From the NCBI RefSeq assembly GCF_009914755.1, contig NC_060932.1: a stretch of DNA of 64,000 nt, one strand, 5' to 3'. A program made the position numbers and the translations under genes. Under the pieces are notes generated by a model, which searched no databases, was not told the origin of the DNA, and was given only the letters and a program-made list of their open reading frames with translations. Origin of the DNA: the human T2T-CHM13v2.0 reference genome, Homo sapiens. This document shows, one piece after another, positions 51,131 to 64,000 of the stretch; the stretch's first letter is position 1, and each line of letters starts with the position of its first letter.

Positions 51131-54100
51131 TATTGGGGAGCATCTTCTCATTTGCTGCATTGAGGAAATGCCCCATGGCAGGACCCCTGAAGATGTACAG
51201 TTATCTTTCTTTCCTTCTTTAAAATGCCAGCTGAAGTCCTATAATATCCATGCTCTATTTATTATTCCATTCTTATTATTTTTTTGAATATCAGAACCAC
51301 TATATATGATTTATTTTGTAAGAACTAGCTCCAGTGCTGATTACATAGTAGGTGCTTTCTAAATGCTCCTTAATTCAGTAAAAGTAATGAGAACAGTAAG
51401 TGCTAGAAAGTAAAATAGGGCTTGTTTCAAAAACTCATGTAAATACTGTGCATACACTTCATTCACACCTGTATTTGCTAATTTAATATTTATTAAATAT
51501 TTAATATTTGTTAAGCATTGACTATATGTTAGGCTACATAATTGGGGATACATTCATGAATAAAATAGACATCTTTGGCTCCCTGGGTGGGGAATCAGAC
51601 AATAAGCCAGGTAAATAAATAAGTTACACAGGATGTAAGATGATAAGGTTATGAAGAAAAACAAAGTGGCTTGTGGTAAGGGTTTGATTTTTAACAAGTG
51701 TTCAAGGAAGAGTCACTGAAAGAGCCTGGAGGCAGGCAAGGGAGTGAGCCACTCTCAAAGGTGAAGGAAGAGTGAGGAGTCTAGACAAAGGTCTGGAGGT
51801 GGGAGAATATCCATCAGTTCAGTTAGAAAAATGTGCTCAATTGAGTGAAATCATAAGTTAGAAGGACTCTTTGAGTAAACTGGTCACTGGGAAGAGTTCA
51901 TCTAAATCCGTCATGAAGACCCAGAGGGACTTGGAGGGAAGTAAGTATAGTAGGTGGCTTGGAGATTGAAGCAGGGACTATAAGTGACTTGAATTCTCTA
52001 GGCTATATGGAAAATGCAGATCTTAGTTTGATACTATTACCTTTAGTTAAACTTGTTCAACATTGATTTGGATTGTGAGCATGTGAAAGATAGTAGAATT
52101 CCTAACCTGTTCTATGTACCTCAGAAACTTAGGACACCCCTCACTTGATACCTCACAGATATATGTGCTGTGATCACCAGCTGTGTGTTCAACTTCTCCT
52201 CAGTGAGTGATATCACCCAAGGGAACTTAACAGAAGATGGTCTTTGGCTCAGGGCTTCTAATTGCATCAACCTAGTTTGTAATTCCTTTTACCTACAACT
52301 CTCTGAGCCTTTTACCACTCCATTTTCCTTCCCTCTAAAGTCTCTTCCTTAGTTTGTTTATAATACTATCCTTCAAGCTTTTGATGCCAGAATGCTTCTA
52401 ATATCCATGACCACAGATGATTTATCCTAGTTTTGAGCTGTGGTAGCCCTTCTTGTCTACTCTTATCATGTCTTGCTCTCATGAAGTGATTTACAGTTAC
52501 TTTGTGCATTTCTTGCAAACTTTAATTTTGAGCTTTCTGGGTGCTGTGTCTATTTATTCATTTTTGTATCTCTGTTTTCTTGGGCAATTTCTTGTGTATA
52601 GAAAGTGATCAACCATTATTTGTTGAATTTAGATGAAATCCTTGTGAATTGTTATGTGTTTATAATTAGCATTAATTTTGATATTATAAATGTCTTAACA
52701 GAGTTTTTGTCATCATTTATAATGATATTTGATTCCACACCTGAATTAAAAAGTTTTTCTTAAATTCTAAAAAAAACCATATAGATAGAACTTAAAATTT
52801 GCAAGTAAAACTTTTTTACTCTTGGCTTCTGTTCTACAATTAGTTTATTGACTATTTCCAGAGCTTCTTGCACACCAGCTGTTTTTTATTCTTCCTGAGG
52901 GTAGCTTAAACCATGACTCTAAACCACAAACCACACTAGTTTCTTAGAATAAGAATTATCTCCAAAAGAATAAAATTGCAAGACCCACACATAGAGTAAA
53001 ATTTGTAGGATGTTCTCTGAATTTAAGTCAATTGAATAAATTAATTTGAAAAACTTTGAGGTCCCTCTATGAGAGAAAGAGATCCAAAGAAAACAAACAT
53101 TTTTGTCTTTAAAGTCTAAACAATGCAGTAAAAACAAAACAAATGGAAAAAAATTCCACTAAGGATATAATTCAGTATAATACACTGCTGTATAAGATTG
53201 ATGTAATAAAAGAGGTACAGAAAAATACCATGGAGGAGTTGAAGAAGGGAGCGATAATCTCTAGTTGGCAGATCATGAAAGGCTCCTTGGAGGAGGAGCA
53301 TGTGAAATAGATGCCCAGGAAGGGTCAAGGTTGGCTGTTACAGAAGGCAAAGCAATGCATGAACAAAATCTCCAGCAGAGAAAAACCATGACACTTGAGC
53401 TGTATTTTTGAAGAGTTTGAGAAAAGGTTGAGGATTCCTTACTCCAAAGGCAATTAGGAAGACTGTGAAGATTTTAGAGAAGGATTAGGGATGCGTTTTA
53501 GAAAGATGATCCTGGCAGTTGATGGAGCTGATATTGGCAGTGAAAGTGACCAGAGAGGTGGTAACTCCCGAGTAAGCAATGCCAATCCTTCAGGCAAAGA
53601 TAAGGAAGAACCGCACAGCTGCTCCAACATAAAGTGGCAGGCAGGAGAACTCCCTGAAGTGTCATGGGTGAGATGGCAGCCTTCACAGATGGTATGGAGT
53701 GGTGGAAAGGCAGATGAGGGACAATGTGAATATAATGAAGGAAATGAACTGATCACCTTAAAACTGAAAAAAAAAAGTGTAATGTAATTTTAAGAAGCCA
53801 AAATAACTATATTGATAATACAGTATCTCTTTTATTTGTTTGATACCTGCAAATATTATTTGCAGAGCTACAGATATAAGGTTTCCTATCATTTTTGGAA
53901 AAAAGAAAAATACTGGATACCAAATCACAGCAGGTAGTAAAGTTACAGAAAGCATGACTTAAATGAATGAATGGAGAACAGATTAATCCATGCTTGAAAA
54001 GAGCCCATGAACTATTTGCCTAGGATGATAATTTATGACTTGGGAATAAACAAAAATGCTGATTTTGTTTGTTTGGGCTTCATGTGGAAGAGAATGTGGA

Positions 54101-57084
54101 AAAGGTAAACTACTTTTTGTTTTTCTTTCTTCAGTAGTTGATTAAACACTTGTAGTATCTATCTTTATATATACATGTATATATCTTTTTTTTAACAAAG
54201 CCATATACCGTCCCACAAGGCGCATTTCCTCTCATTTGGGAAGGATAACTCAATGTTCTTGCTATAAACATGAGAATTTTAATGTGTATAATGTAAACCT
54301 CTCCAATGCATGCTTTCGTGACCACTAGAAGGCCTCCTGAGGGCCTCTGCCAGAAGGCAGTGTACTGAGAACAATTGCTGGCAGGAGGCGTTTTCTCCAG
54401 CACATTCAGAACTCTACATTCCTGCTCTCCTGGATGTAAAATCTTTTCAATGTCTTGGCTTCAGAAAGAGACTGGGCACATTTTGTAGGAATTTTCTTCC
54501 ACGGTGCACGTTGCTTATTATCACTTTGATACGCCTGAAGAAGGTAGTAACCTTAAAGGTTCTTGCCTTTTGTTCCGCTCTCCCCACAGGGAGCCAGCCA
54601 AAGGTAAGAACATTTTGTTTGTCACCATTTTCAATATAGGTTCTGAAAAATGCAAATGTAAAAGCAGTAACAGGATGTGATTTGAAACCTCAGCATCAGG
54701 TGGCAGGCAGAAAAGCTGTGAATCACAGGTAGGCCACATAGGTGGTGACTGTACTTCCGAGTATTGGACACAGTTTTTTTGGTGGAAAATGATATTTGAC
54801 CAAATGCAACATTGTAGAAAAATAATTTTATTGTGTTTCTGTTGAATATTTATAGAGCCTAGCATCATGTCTGCTCCACAGAGAATATGCAGTGACTACT
54901 CAGTAACTATTTGTGGAATAATCAAATGAGGTCCTTTAACTTTTTCTGGTTAGTGTGTGACTGTGGTGCTCTGGGGGGCAAGAGTTGTACAATGTTCAAG
55001 CACTTACTCCATAATTTTTACTCGTGTGCCTGGCACTGTGTGCTGAGGGAGTCAGTGGGGAGCAAAGGGACTCTCTTTGGTAGGAAGTACTGTGAACAGA
55101 CAAGTCAGGTGCAAGGCAGTGTGCTAAATGCTGAACTAGGATAGATACAGGGTTCTTTGGAATCCTGTGGGAAGACCTAGCTCAGATGTGGAGTGGGGGT
55201 AAGAAGGTAGGGAAGGCTTCCAGAAGGAATGATTTTAAATAGAAAATATACAAAATAAATAAAGTTATACAGGTGTGAGTTAAGGAAAGAGGGATCTGTA
55301 GTGGGTATAGGAGGATGTTCTAAGAGGGTATGTAGTACACTCGAGACATGGATAAAAACTCATTGAGGCTTGGATTAGTGTAGAGAAGAAAGAGTGATGT
55401 TTGATGAAGTTGAGGAAGGCACCCAGACATTTGTTCGAATTTCATTTTAAGATCCAGGGTAATCATTGAAGGTTTCAAGCAGGGAAGTTACATAATCAAC
55501 GAAGTGAAGAAAAGATGCAGTCAAGAGGCTGTTAGGATAGTCTAGGTATCCTCAGCTACGTTTAAGGCAATAAGGATATAAAAAAACCATAAATTAGAAC
55601 CGTGAAATATGTAAGGTACAAATCCATAGGAGTAAGTGGTTTACATGATGAAGTAGAATAAGGATTTATATGATGAGGCAGCCAAGGAGGATGCCTCCGT
55701 TTTTGACAAGGACAATTAAGTTTCTCTGAGTTAGAGAACACAAAATAAAGAGCAGAATTCTGGAAGCCATTAGTGGCTGCAGGTTTATCACCCAGGACAC
55801 GCACCTCTGGAGGTTGAAAAAAGTAGCTAGTGTGGGGGAAGGAACATTCTTCTACTACAAAGAATTTTGGATGGGTATATCCTTCGGTAGTCAAAATGAA
55901 CCACTTTGCATCATAGAGGTTGGGTAGTGTAGTGGAGACAGCATAGGTGCATTATTTTATACCTGGGAATCTACTCAACAAATATGCAAGAAAATACCCC
56001 CCTCTGTTTTTTTAATGGTGCCATGAATTTAGTATTTATGAAAACCATTTACCATTAAATAGCTGTGAACTTGAGGTATTTGCTTGTCTATAAGAATTTC
56101 TGAAGAATAGTATGAAGTGGGCACAGAAGATATAAACTAACAGTTTAAAATGGTCAAGAAAGATGTTTGGCATAAAATGCAACCTAGACTGAGGCTTGGA
56201 GGGATAGGATTTGAATTCTTCCAGTCTATGTTATCCATAGTATCTGAAATCAGGTACCAAGCATTTTTCTTAACACAAATATGGAAGAATGCCCAACACG
56301 TTGCCCAACAAGACTAAACTTCTCATAAAATCTCTTAAAATTTCACACCACATACTCCAAACTGAAGTAGTCCAAAAGTGTTACTCAAGGACACAATAAT
56401 GTTTTCTAGTAAAAAGTGCATCAAATTCACTTTTAATAATTTAGTTAAATATGAACATTCTACCAAATCTATCTCTCTGCATTCCAGAGAGATCATGTTT
56501 TCAGCAGGCCGTAGGTAGGCGGGAAGGCATTTGAATCCTTCTGACCAAGTGGGCAATGGCAAGATATGAGGTTTGCAGGAGTATCACAGGAGAGTTCAAC
56601 AATCTAAAAATTAGTTATTAAAATATACCATTGAGTTGGTGAAAACAATTAAACACATGTAGAAATCTCTTCCTGGCTTATAATTTTAATATTAAATGAT
56701 AGCTGGTGGGTACTATAGTTCCCTGGAAAGTGGGATGATTGTTAGACTCTATCAACAAGTGGTCTTAAAATTTAAAGCTAAAACATGTATTAAAGAGGGA
56801 TCTACAGAGATGAATTAATATGTTTTAAAACATCTAAAATGTTCTCTAATTTTCAGCTTCTTTTGCCTGTAAGCAAGCTCCTTAGAATCTCCTTATAATT
56901 CTGTTTCTGATTATCTAGTTGCTTCAGGGTTTATCCATTTTCACTTTACCTGATTGCCTGGTTAGTTGAGATTAATTCTTGATGTCTCTTAAACTTCCGG
57001 CTGCCAGATAATGTGATCAAAAGTGCACCTCACTGCTTTTCATTTTAGGTGACTGATTCTACCACCATTCCCAAATCTCCAACA

Positions 57085-57309
57085 ATAATAATAGCCACCA
57101 TTAAATACACCTTTGCCCTGCTAGAGCTGTGCTACATACACTTCAGTCACTATCTCATCTAACTCTCTCAAGTTTTGAGAGATGAGATAATTTTCCTCAT
57201 TTGGAGATAGAGAATCTTAAGTTTGGAGAGCGTAAGTAACTTCCCCAAGGTCATAGAGCAAGTAAATAAAAATGTTAAGAACACAATTCTATCTGACAAC
57301 AAGCCCATG
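57085..57309 (-). mobile_element. MIR SINE
   Basis: ATCTCATCTAACTCTC...AAGTTTGGAGAGCGTAAGTAACTTCCCCAAGGTCATAGAGCAAGTAA. Confidence 0.65.
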
Positions 57310-57317
57310 CTTTAAAT

Positions 57318-57650
57318 CAGGGGTCTCCCCAATTCCCAGGCTGCAGACCAGTGCCCATCTGTGGCCTGTTAGAAACTGGGCTGTGCAGCAGATGAGTGAG
57401 CATTGCTGCCTGAGCTCCGCCTCCTGTCAGATCAGTAGCAGGATTAGATTTTCACAGGAGTGTGAACCCTACTGTGAACTGTGCATGAGAAGGATCTAGG
57501 TTGTGCACTCCTTAGGAGAATCTAATGCTCTAAAGCCTGATGATCTGAGATGGAACAGTTTCATCTCAAAATCATCCCTTCCCACATTCCTCCCTGGAAG
57601 AATTTTCTTCCACAAAACGTTCCTGGTGCCAAAACCACTGGGGAGCACTG
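57318..57650 (+). mobile_element. MER1B (hAT-Charlie) with 8-bp TSD
   Basis: CAGGGGTCTCCCC...GTGGCCTGTTAGAAACTGGGC...CTCCGCCTCCTGTCAGATCAG...CCTGGTGCCAAAA..GGGGAGCACTG; perfect TSD CTTTAAAT at 57310-57317 and 57651-57658. Confidence 0.92.
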
Positions 57651-58337
57651 CTTTAAATGGCAACGTAAAGTACCTGTTCCTCTTCCTGCGTTCATCTCTC
57701 CTGTTTCTGAGCCCTTTGGATAGAGAATTTCCCTACATGGATTTCATCTGAGGATATTGCTGAATGTTAGAAAGAATTTCTTCATGTGGAATCAAATCTT
57801 TCTCTTTGTATTATTTATACCCTTGGAAATCATACAGAAAAACTCACAGGCTAGAGCATCCAGTCTCAGAATGTATATTAAGAGGGAAGAAAACCTATAT
57901 GTCATAGATCCTTGACTCAGTGGATCCAGTCACCAAACTCCTTCTTAGCCTCAAGACCCTTTGTGTTAAACATCTACACACACAATCCTTCCCATCCAGA
58001 TGATGCCAGCATAAGCTGTCAGGGAAGGCTACACAAATACATTTGATTTCTGAAGATCCTGGAAAAGGTAAGAAGTTTATCATTAAGGAAATGGAAAGTC
58101 AAGGCACTCCCACCTGCCTTTTACTCCACATATGCACGCATGAACAGTGACAGTGAGATCATCTTGGGACCTGGAAGCTGTGTGGCCCTGAGCAAGGAAT
58201 TCCCATCACTGGTTGCACTTTCTGGTTGGGTTACAACATGTGTGTGTTCTTCTGACCATGAGATGCCTAGAATTTATGTGACAAATTACTCTCCAATTGC
58301 TCTACTTCTGTGGAGTTAACTTGGCAGAGTCAGTGGG

Positions 58338-58382
58338 CACATTCTCCTGATGATTCACATTCTCCTGATGATTCACATTCTC
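58338..58382. repeat. Tandem repeat, 18-bp unit CACATTCTCCTGATGATT x2.5
   Basis: Directly visible. Confidence 0.92.
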
Positions 58383-59399
58383 ATGAACTAAGCTGCTTGT
58401 AGGTCACATAAATGTGTGTTGTAAATGCAGACGATGTTGTTATAATGGAAAGGGATTCATTTTTTTCATCTTTGTTTCATTTATATTCACTGCAGTAAAC
58501 TCATCCAGTCTTATGGATTAAAATACCACTTATATGCTGATGATGTTTCAAATTATATTTATAGGCCTCTCAGTTGAATTTTAGACTAATTTATTCACCT
58601 ACCTACTTTTCCAAAATTGAGCTCCAGATATTCACAACCTTACCCCCATCCCTTCAAATCTTACTTTAGAATTTTTTTTATCTTTTTAAAAATTTTGGAT
58701 TTTCAGAAAGTTTCATACAATTCTCACGTGTTACATTGGGTATTTCAACCAATAAAGTCATTTAGAGTTTCCGTGAACATAGAACCACTTTGCAAGTACA
58801 CATTCAAGGTCTCCAACCTTGAATTTTTGATTTGATAGATTCAGGATTGAGCTAGACATCTGCCTTCTCAAAAGTTCCCTGGGAGATTCTAGAGTTATTT
58901 CCCTGGTGAGAACCCTAAAATGTGCTTTAAGATCATGGTTCAGGATTCCAAACCAAGTTGAGAAAAATATTATATGGTTGAAGTATCTACTTATCTGTCT
59001 ATATACTGAAAGAATTAATAGGTTAAAGCAAAAATTATTCTGGGGATAATTTCCGTATTATCACATAATTTCACTTGACTATTCATTCAGCACCTACTTC
59101 TAGAAAACATGTGAGCACTATGGGTGAGCTATAGATATCCACAACAGGGAATGAACCTTACTTGGGAAGTGCTTTATTGACTAAGAAAACTTCAAAAGAA
59201 GCAAATTTGTTGTTTTCAAAGCACTTAACCAAAATATGGTTTCACAGTGCACATTTAATGATGCATAGACTTAGAGCACTGGAAATTTTATTCCTTGACT
59301 TTTTTAATCAACAAGCTATTTAAATACTCTTTCTCAAAATTCTATTTTTCTTTCATGTATTCCTTCATTAATTTATCTATTAAGGCTGTATTGAGCACA

Positions 59400-60450
59400 C
59401 CCTTAGTGTCTCTTTCAATAATCCAGATAACAAATGATGATGGCTTTGACCAAGGTGGTAACTGTGGTGGTGGTGATCAGTGGTTATAGTCTAGAGATAC
59501 AGTATTTTGAAGGTAAGGTCAATGAGATTTGCTCACTGAGCAGATATAGACTATAAAAAATAGAGTAGATGACTAGATTTTTGGCCTGAGCAATAAAGAA
59601 CAGCAACCAGTAAACTTTTTCTGTAAAGGGCCTGATAGTAAATATGTTCAGCTTTGCAGGTCTTATGGTTTATGTTGCAACTACTGAACTCTGCCTCTGT
59701 AGCAGGAAAACACCATAGACAACATGTCACAGGCAGTGGAGGTGATGTGACCTGTCCACCATAGTTAGCTGATTCCTGGACTAGAGAAACGGCATTGTCA
59801 TTCACGGATACCAGGAAGACTGAAGGAGTAGTTGATTTGGAGGAATGGGGGTAAGGTTGTGAATATTTGGAGCTCAATTTTGGAAAAGTACGCAGTTGAA
59901 TAAATTAGTCTGAAATTCAACTGAGGGGTCTAGAAATACAATTTGGAACAATACCATCAGCAAATAATTGGTGCTTTGATCCGTGGGACTGGATGAGTTT
60001 ACCTGGGCAGTGAATATAAATGAAACAAGGATGGAAAAAAAAAGAGAAGGGACTTGGACTGAGCCCTGGGAACTTTCCGGCACACAGAAGTTGTGGAGAT
60101 AAGGAGGAATCAGCAAAGGGATAGAGAAGAAGCAGCCAGAGAAAAACAGGCAAGTGTAGGGTCATGAAACCAAGGGATGAAAGTGTGCTCAGAAAGAGTA
60201 AGTGGTCAGGCATGCCAAAAGCTGCTGATAGACCAAGGAAGGTGATGACCAGGAGATGACCTTTGATGACCTTGAAGACAGCTGCTTGGGTGGAGTGGGG
60301 ATGGGGTGGAAAATCTGCCTGGGGTGGGCTCAAGAGAGAATGCGGAAAGCAAAACTGGAAATTCCCAGTGAAGACAACTCTCTCAAGGAATTTTGTTGTA
60401 AAAGAAAGGAGAAGAATGGCATAGCAGTTGGAATAGGAAAAGGGTTCAAG
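59400..60450 (-). mobile_element. L2 LINE fragment (RT region), interrupted by MER58A
   Basis: The minus-strand ORF 59917-60333 reads LSAAFGMPDHLLFLSTLSSLGF...PGKLIQSHGSKHQLFADG, similar to L2 RT DLSAAFDTVDH.LLL..L.SLG...GDLI.SHGF.YHLYADD. Confidence 0.8.
59601..59778. mobile_element. MER58A (hAT-Charlie)
   Basis: AAACTTTTTCTGTAAAGGGCCTGATAGTAAATATGTTCAGCTTTGCAGG...GTTGCAACTACTGAACTCTGCC...CCATAGTTAGCTGATTCCTG. Confidence 0.85.
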
Positions 60451-61899
60451 AGAGGATTTTTACAAATATCTGTGTGCTTTTAAGATATTTATGTTGCTGG
60501 CAATGATTCAGTTCAGAGCCCCTAAAAATAGTACACCTTACACCATCTCTTTATAGATAAATAAATTTACATGAAAGATAATACTCATCTTATTTAAGGA
60601 AAGCATTATCTTTCTTCAAACATTACAAAAATCCTTTGGATCTCACCTTTATATTTTTTGATATACATAATATAGTGTCATATTTTGTAGTTATTTTTGA
60701 GGTTGAAGGGAATGCTTTTTAAATCAAGTTTCTTTAATCCTCTCCTTCTACTCTTACAGAGAACTATTTTAATATCATCTAATTAATTTAATCACCACTC
60801 TCAAATTCTCCTATGAAAGCCCTTTCTCTTCCTCTGCCCCACCCTCCCCTTCCCTGGCCTAACAAGGCTCAGTGCTGCCCTCCTGTCTGGTTTAACACAA
60901 GTTCTTGTATATTCAGCTGTCAGTTTCCCTTATTGGCCATTTCACAAGCATTTCTATCTAATAAGGATAAATCCGTTAATTTTAAAACAGAACCACAATC
61001 ATGCCTATGAAGTGTTTTTAAGCCTTTGACTGCCCTAAAGGAAAATAATTTTGGCATCACTTAATTTTTTAATGGCTTTTTTTTTCACTTCTATAGGTTA
61101 GCACTCTTTTCTCAATCTAAGAAAAAGATCAAATAGCCCTAGCTAAATTATTTTAAAAATAAAAACTTGTCTATGTAAGATGCTTTTGCTTTTTATATTA
61201 TGTATGTGAAATGACACATAAACGTCCAAGAAAAAATAAATGTCCAAAAGGACATGCCACACAGTCTCCAATGCCATTGACATGGCATCTATGAAAATAA
61301 CTTTATTTCTGTCCCCCAAAATTCAGAGTCTGATATTTTTATTTTTAGCATTTTGTGTATTTGAAAATGGTTTCCATGTGTAGAATAGACTTCTCAAAGT
61401 TCACTTTAATTTTCATAATTAATATTCTTTTTTCCTTAAAATTTTAACTTTATGAATTTTTGTTCTTTCCATAAGTATAGCAAGTTTGGACAATCACATT
61501 TATTTAATGTTTGTTACCACTTGCAAATTAAATTTCTTAAACTGCATGTATAGGTTTAATAGATTTGATTTTCTTGTTTAGTATTTCAATTGATTTATTG
61601 ATAATAATACTTTCCATATAGTTAAATAAGTTATATAATTCTAAGAAATGTAGCGATTCATTTCACCTAAATTTTGCAAAACAGCTTGAAAAAAATTAAC
61701 AGATTTTCTTATCATTGAAAATGATAAGAAATCATAAATTCAAGTATTTATATGCATATATATTTTAAATTGAAAATGTAGGACTAACATGTTACTGTAA
61801 TAGGGCATTTTTGTAACCATTACATTTATTAGTAATATCAAATAAGATCAGATTCCTTACCCTAAAAGCCCATTCTTTTTAACCTTTTTAAAAAGTAAT

Positions 61900-62134
61900 G
61901 TCAACTTTCATATTTTAGGGAGTATATGTGCAGGTTTGTTACCTGGGTATATTTCATGATGCGAGGTTTGGGGTATAATTGATCCCATCACCCAGGTAGT
62001 GAGCATAATGCCCAGTAGCTTTTCTACTATTCCCACCTCCCTCCCACCCCTCTCAAGTAGTCCCCAGTGTCTATTTTTTACATCTTTGTGTCTGTGTGTA
62101 CGCTCAATGTTTAGCTCCCACTTATAAGTGAGAA
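61900..62134 (-). mobile_element. L1PA/L1PB 3'-end fragment
   Basis: GTATATGTGCAGGTTTGTTACCTGGGTATATT..TGATGCGAGGTTTGGGG...GATCCCATCACCCAGGTAGTGAGCAT...TTAGCTCCCACTTATAAGTGAGAA. Confidence 0.88.
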
Positions 62135-63054
62135 AGGGCACTATTTGGATTTTTACCTTAAATTTTATCTTTTTAAACATTTCTACATTTAATTTTTATA
62201 TTTGAAGTTAAAGGATCTTACCCAATTAAAGAGGAAAAAAAGTCAATTCAATCAAGTTTAGGAGTGGAGTCCCAGGTAATTTTGGGGGTTGCCTTCCATT
62301 TCTTATGGCGTTTCTTACTAGCCAGAGATAGTGGCTGGGATTTAAGACAACATCTTCAGATGTCAGTGTGCTTTATGGTCCTGGCTGCCACTATGTTGAG
62401 GATCCCAAAACTTAGAAAGACAGTTGATAAGACAGCCTCATATCTGGTTTGGATCAGTATCATCAAATTTTTCTGTCTACTTATGGAAGTCCGCAACCTT
62501 TGCCCATGCAGCAACATTTTTTACTCAATTTTGTATTCAGCTCAAGTTCTAAACATCTCTGAACTTGATGAGAATCCTACATTCTTTTCATATTCCTTCT
62601 ATCTTTTGGCATCACTACTCTTTTAGATATTTAAATGACTTCAGTGTGAATTCTGGATATGTGTCATGTCTTAGTTTGGTGGTTTAAACTTCTTGTGCTT
62701 CGCAGGCAAGGTACTGTGTCTATCTCAAACTCTCTAATTTTATTTATAAGCACAATAGCTCATGGTGAATATTTTAGTCCAGAGCTAAATCAACCAATTT
62801 ATGAGCTGACCAACTGAATGGCTCTTAATAAAAAAGAATGGAAGAAAACTGCTTGGAAGCAATAAGGCATCCTACAAGCCTATGCATATTCTGATACCAT
62901 TATGAACCATTTTTATTTTATGAATTAAACTGTATCTGATTTATCTAATTTAATCATAATGTATAACTTCTAGTGGGTCTTGTAAATATTTGTGCATATT
63001 TACGCATAATATTCTTAATTTTTCCTCATTTTTAAGTTGAAATATTTTAAGTGT

Positions 63055-63113
63055 TTACAAGCAAATTATCTGTGAAAATACCTTACAAGCAAATTATCTG
63101 TGAAAATACCTTA
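63055..63113. repeat. Perfect 28-bp tandem duplication TTACAAGCAAATTATCTGTGAAAATACC x2
   Basis: Directly visible (63055-63082 is identical to 63083-63110). Confidence 0.95.
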
Positions 63114-63559
63114 TCTATTTAGAGGGAGAAGAACTAGGAAGTCAGAATGTTGAATATGGTTTAATAAGAGCTCCGTATATATTAGGTGCTTAGTTTTTCC
63201 GAATAGATAACAATTTGTTGCATATTTACTAGGCATTTCACAGAAATAAGTACACACCTGTGCCCTTCTTTCTTCCATTGATACATCTGTAGAGTATATT
63301 AAAGTCATTTTAAATAAATGCTACAGACACTCAGAGAAATTTATCAGATAGATTGCCTATTAAGCATCTGGAAATTAATAAATTAAGTCAAATGTTTATA
63401 CAATTTACATCCTCATTTTCTGAACTTTCGTCAGTTGTTAAATGTTTCCCATAATTACAATGGCAACATTCATTACAACTTAGAGCTTCCCGATAGGAAA
63501 GAATTAATCATAAGTACTTACGGATCCCACTTTTTTTGTTGAAAATTTCTATATTTTTT

Positions 63560-63852
63560 GTTTTTTAATTTTTAAAATTTTTTATTGATACATAATAGAA
63601 ATATTTTAGGATACATGTGATAATTTAATACATTCATATAATTTGTAAAGATCAAATCAGTGTAATTGGGATAGCTATCACTTTAAATTTGTATCTTTTC
63701 TTTATGCTAGAAACATTTGAATAACTCTCTTCCAGTTACTTTGAAATATACACTAGATTATCGTAAACTATAGTCTACTTATCTATCAAGCACTGGGTCT
63801 TATTTTTTTCTATCAAACTCTATATTTGTACCCATTAATCAACTTCTCTTCA
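63560..63852 (-). mobile_element. L1MA 3'-end fragment
   Basis: TTATTGATACATAATAG..ATATTTTAGGATACATGTGATAATTTAATACATTCATATAAT..GATCAAATCAGTGTAATTGGGATA...TTTGTACCCATTAATCAAC. Confidence 0.85.
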
Positions 63853-64000
63853 TATAGTTCTGATAGTTATTAAATAAAGTCATCATTGCTTGTCAGTTTC
63901 AAACTTAAAAGACCTCATCATAGTAATAAATTGAAATAAGTGGAGACTAAGGGGATAAATCACTTACCCATCTTTCTCTGGGAATTGTAACCAATGGAGA

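Larger units (their letters stand above)
49000..64000 (+). other. PI15: PI15 intron 2 (runs past the window end)
   Basis: GTAAGA donor at 49000. No sequence encoding the next PI15 residues (VWDENLAKSAEAWA...) was found downstream; the region is repeat-rich. Confidence 0.8.

Noticed and set aside
58338-58382. Short direct repeats (here and at 8171, 17872, 63055) as a CRISPR-like array
   Set aside because: They are head-to-tail duplications with no spacers, only 2-2.5 copies, in a mammalian genome with no cas genes.

Overview
AT-rich, CpG-depleted primate genomic DNA, almost certainly human and recognised as the PI15 locus at 8q21. The one real gene is the 5' end of PI15 (peptidase inhibitor 15, CAP/CRISP family) on the + strand: TATA promoter (~47980), non-coding exon 1 (~48011-48152), a 534-nt intron, and the first coding exon (48687-48999; ATG at 48727, 91 codons). 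A long intron follows and runs past the window end. The ~48 kb upstream is mostly transposon-derived: Alu, L1, L2, L3/CR1, MIR, Tigger/MER DNA elements, and ERV LTRs (MER4, MLT2, MER41B, THE1B, MER41A, LTR8, MER50). It also holds a decayed RAB9A processed pseudogene on the - strand (~27382-28292). The items most worth follow-up are: a ~150-nt pre-miRNA-like hairpin made by inverted duplication of a MER20 end (6047-6199); a ~200-bp inverted duplication inside PI15 intron 2; a MER41B LTR with both STAT/GAS sites intact; a MER41A-LTR8-MER50 cluster upstream of PI15; and a PI15 5'UTR that is stop-free in frame with the CDS while carrying an out-of-frame uORF. Nearly all ORFs in the supplied track are spurious. 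Repeat subfamily names come from remembered consensus sequences, not from a search.
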